NCBI GenBank assembly: GCA_002269645.1
Contig: NIVC01000902.1
Span: 1-64,000, forward strand
Origin: Macrostomum lignano
Taxonomy: Eukaryota
Reading direction: 5' to 3'
Length of the DNA stretch: 64,000 nt
Under the pieces are notes generated by a model. It was not told where the DNA came from. It did no database searches and worked only from the letters and a program-made list of their open reading frames with translations. Of this stretch, positions 62,156-64,000 are shown in pieces. Within the stretch, counting starts at the first letter, position 1; the number at the start of each line of letters is the position of its first letter. Both the position numbers and the translations under genes were made by a program.

Positions 62156-63134
62156 GCTAGCCCCCGAATCTAATATGCAGGGACGGACATGTCTGATGCT
62201 ACAAGCGTATTAAAGACTAATAATGATGCATAGAATTCTAACCAAGGACCACTAGGAGTTACCGTTACAACTAGTAGATACAACTGGAGCAAACCTCAGA
62301 GTGAAGAAGGAATAAAGTGACGCTATAGTTCGCATGAGGCTGCTCAAGCCTAAGTTGGCGAATTTCGATACTTCAATTACAGTAAATGCTTTGAAATGCC
62401 AAGCAAGTGAGAAGTGGTAGCTGGTGCATCCGGAATAGCACCAGTGCAGATGGCAGATGGTCTGCCTCGGCAGAAAATTCGTGTCACGAAACAGTGCGGT
62501 CACATCAGTCCCTGTAGAGCCGGCTGCTCTAGTCACAGAGGCACCGAATCTGATGGCATTTAGCAAGAGTACTGCGGAGTCGTTATCTTCTCAAAGTAGC
62601 TGTGCATAAGGTGAAAGAGGTTCATAAACTTGCTAACGTCTGGCATTCTGTCAAGAATTTGCTTCTAGAACGCATCACTGGGCGAACAAAAGGACCAACA
62701 TCTTGACTGGTTGAAGCATGAAATTCAAAATCCTAAGCGTCTGGAATCACTCAAAATGCTGGAATCCAATGCAGGTGAGGCATTGGACGAGAGTCTCTGG
62801 ACCCTGCTTAAATGCAGCTCTCTCGGCGGGAGTTCGGGATCCAATCGTACAGCTATCACCTCTCTGAGCCAGTCTCACCTTTCATCAGTACTAGCTGTAG
62901 TCGTTGATCGCACCTGCCTTTGTTCTGCCGCGATGCCCTTTGTAAACAAGGCCTTTCTGAAGAGCCGGCGTGGCATCTTTACTGCAAACCCTTGCTCAAG
63001 ACTGTTTGCTCACAATTCGCAACAGCTGCTGTATGAGAGCCGTAGAGTTTTCTGCCCAACAGGACTTTTCCCAAGCCAGCAGCAAGTCTCGCCTAGCAGC
63101 GAGTGGAATTGCTGCGAGTCCGAGGCGCTCGCTG

Positions 63135-63175
63135 ATTGGCTGACACACTCTCTCTCCATGAGTATAAAGACGTCA
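63135..63175 (+). promoter_or_regulatory. Putative core promoter of the downstream paralog (ATTGG/CCAAT box, TATAAA, CRE-like gacgtca)
   Basis: attgg at 63135-39 and tataaa at 63163-68, ~100 bp upstream of a strong-context ATG (ccgccATG at 63270). Confidence 0.4.
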
Positions 63176-63269
63176 GCGACGCCTTCTGAGGCCGGATTAC
63201 CGCCAATTCTTCGATTTCCAGTTTCTGTAAAACTAACAGGCATTGAGCACTAATCCGGTGAAAACCGCC

Positions 63270-64000
63270 ATGACTGACTCCAGTCAGCTCAGCAAGCTGG
63301 CATCCGTGCTTCTCATCTTGATGGCCTCCTCGGCTCTAGCTAGCGAAGGTAAACACTGCTCAGCCCGTATCAAACTGAGATGTGTATATTTGACTAGCTA
63401 TTTAAAATGTATGGGCACAAGTGTATTCTCATAGATCTTAAATTCATCAACTCGTGAATGGGCGTTACCTTTCAATATGACGCAGTAGCTGGGATACAGG
63501 TGTGGTGGTAACGCTGTGGTCGAATCCTTGACTTGGGACTATAGAGTATTTCGTGCTAAATGACTTGGGACTATAGAGTATTTCGTGCTAAATAACTGGA
63601 ACGACGAGTCGAGGCACGTGTTCATACCAGTGCCTTTGGATGCTCAGGTGTCAGCGGGAAGACATTCTTACATGTGGTTCCTCGTCGGCTGTCGCCAGGT
63701 GCTGCAGTGCCCGCAGACTTCAAACAGTTCCTCGACGCTGGGCCTCTCTAGTAGCAATTCCAATCTTTCAGAAATCCCGTGCGCCAACATCAGCATCGAC
63801 TCATCCAAGCACTTGGCCTTCGTGAGCAGCTCTGACGGATCGCTCAACGCTTCCGACAGCCAGGTGAACGTCACCTGCCGCGCCGGTGTGGGCGCCTACT
63901 TCGCCAATAGCAACGAGTCCAACTGGCTGCAGCTGGACTGCCGCAACGGCAGCTGGATGCAGACCTTCTTCATCGCCAACGACACCCGACCGGAAAAGCG
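63270..64000 (+). CDS. Start of a tandem paralog of the giant gene: signal-peptide exon 63270-63348 and sushi-like exon 63772 to beyond 64000
   Basis: MTDSSQLSKLASVLLILMASSALASE-G|gt. Exon 2 EIPCANISIDSS...SQVNVTCRAGVGAYFANSNESNWLQLDCRNGSWMQTFF aligns with exons 2, 3 and 8 of the giant gene. Confidence 0.85.

Noticed and set aside
62252-63253. ORFs 62252-62566 (-), 62711-63253 (+) and 63010-63243 (-)
   Set aside because: No homology or coherent exon structure; the 3' part overlaps the putative promoter of the paralog.

Overview
Eukaryotic (metazoan) genomic DNA with GC-rich exons and introns packed with minisatellites. The style suggests a flatworm such as Macrostomum, but that is inference only. 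In order, the window holds: (1) the frameshift-riddled 3' part of a SHOC2/SUR-8 LRR gene; (2) a defective mariner transposon with intact TIRs and TA target duplication; (3) a 3-exon SLC35A2/A3-type nucleotide-sugar transporter; (4) from 11404 to at least 60703, one giant gene of about 47 exons and at least 3,800 aa, reconstructed by hand from splice sites and exon phases; (5) from 63270, the start of a tandem paralog of the giant gene. The giant gene encodes a signal-peptide-bearing, heavily N-glycosylatable mosaic protein: about 18 divergent sushi/CCP-like, 8 WSC and 5 C-type-lectin-like domains, 4 copies of a small SCxE...YxL...C module, and 1 F5/8C-like domain. One C-type lectin domain is nested inside a WSC domain, and a run of sushi modules alternates 4-Cys and 2-Cys forms. 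Inside the gene sits an apparently intact Ngaro-type tyrosine-recombinase retrotransposon (gag, RT/RNase H, YR). It is flanked by an apparently identical 2,233-bp direct duplication that copies two in-frame host exons. Its gag and pol are in the same frame, separated by one UGA-C. tRNA-derived SINEs, MITE/foldback elements and satellites built from splice-signal-like units are also present. No CRISPR array, rRNA or bona fide tRNA was found. Most long ORFs in the supplied track are satellite artefacts.
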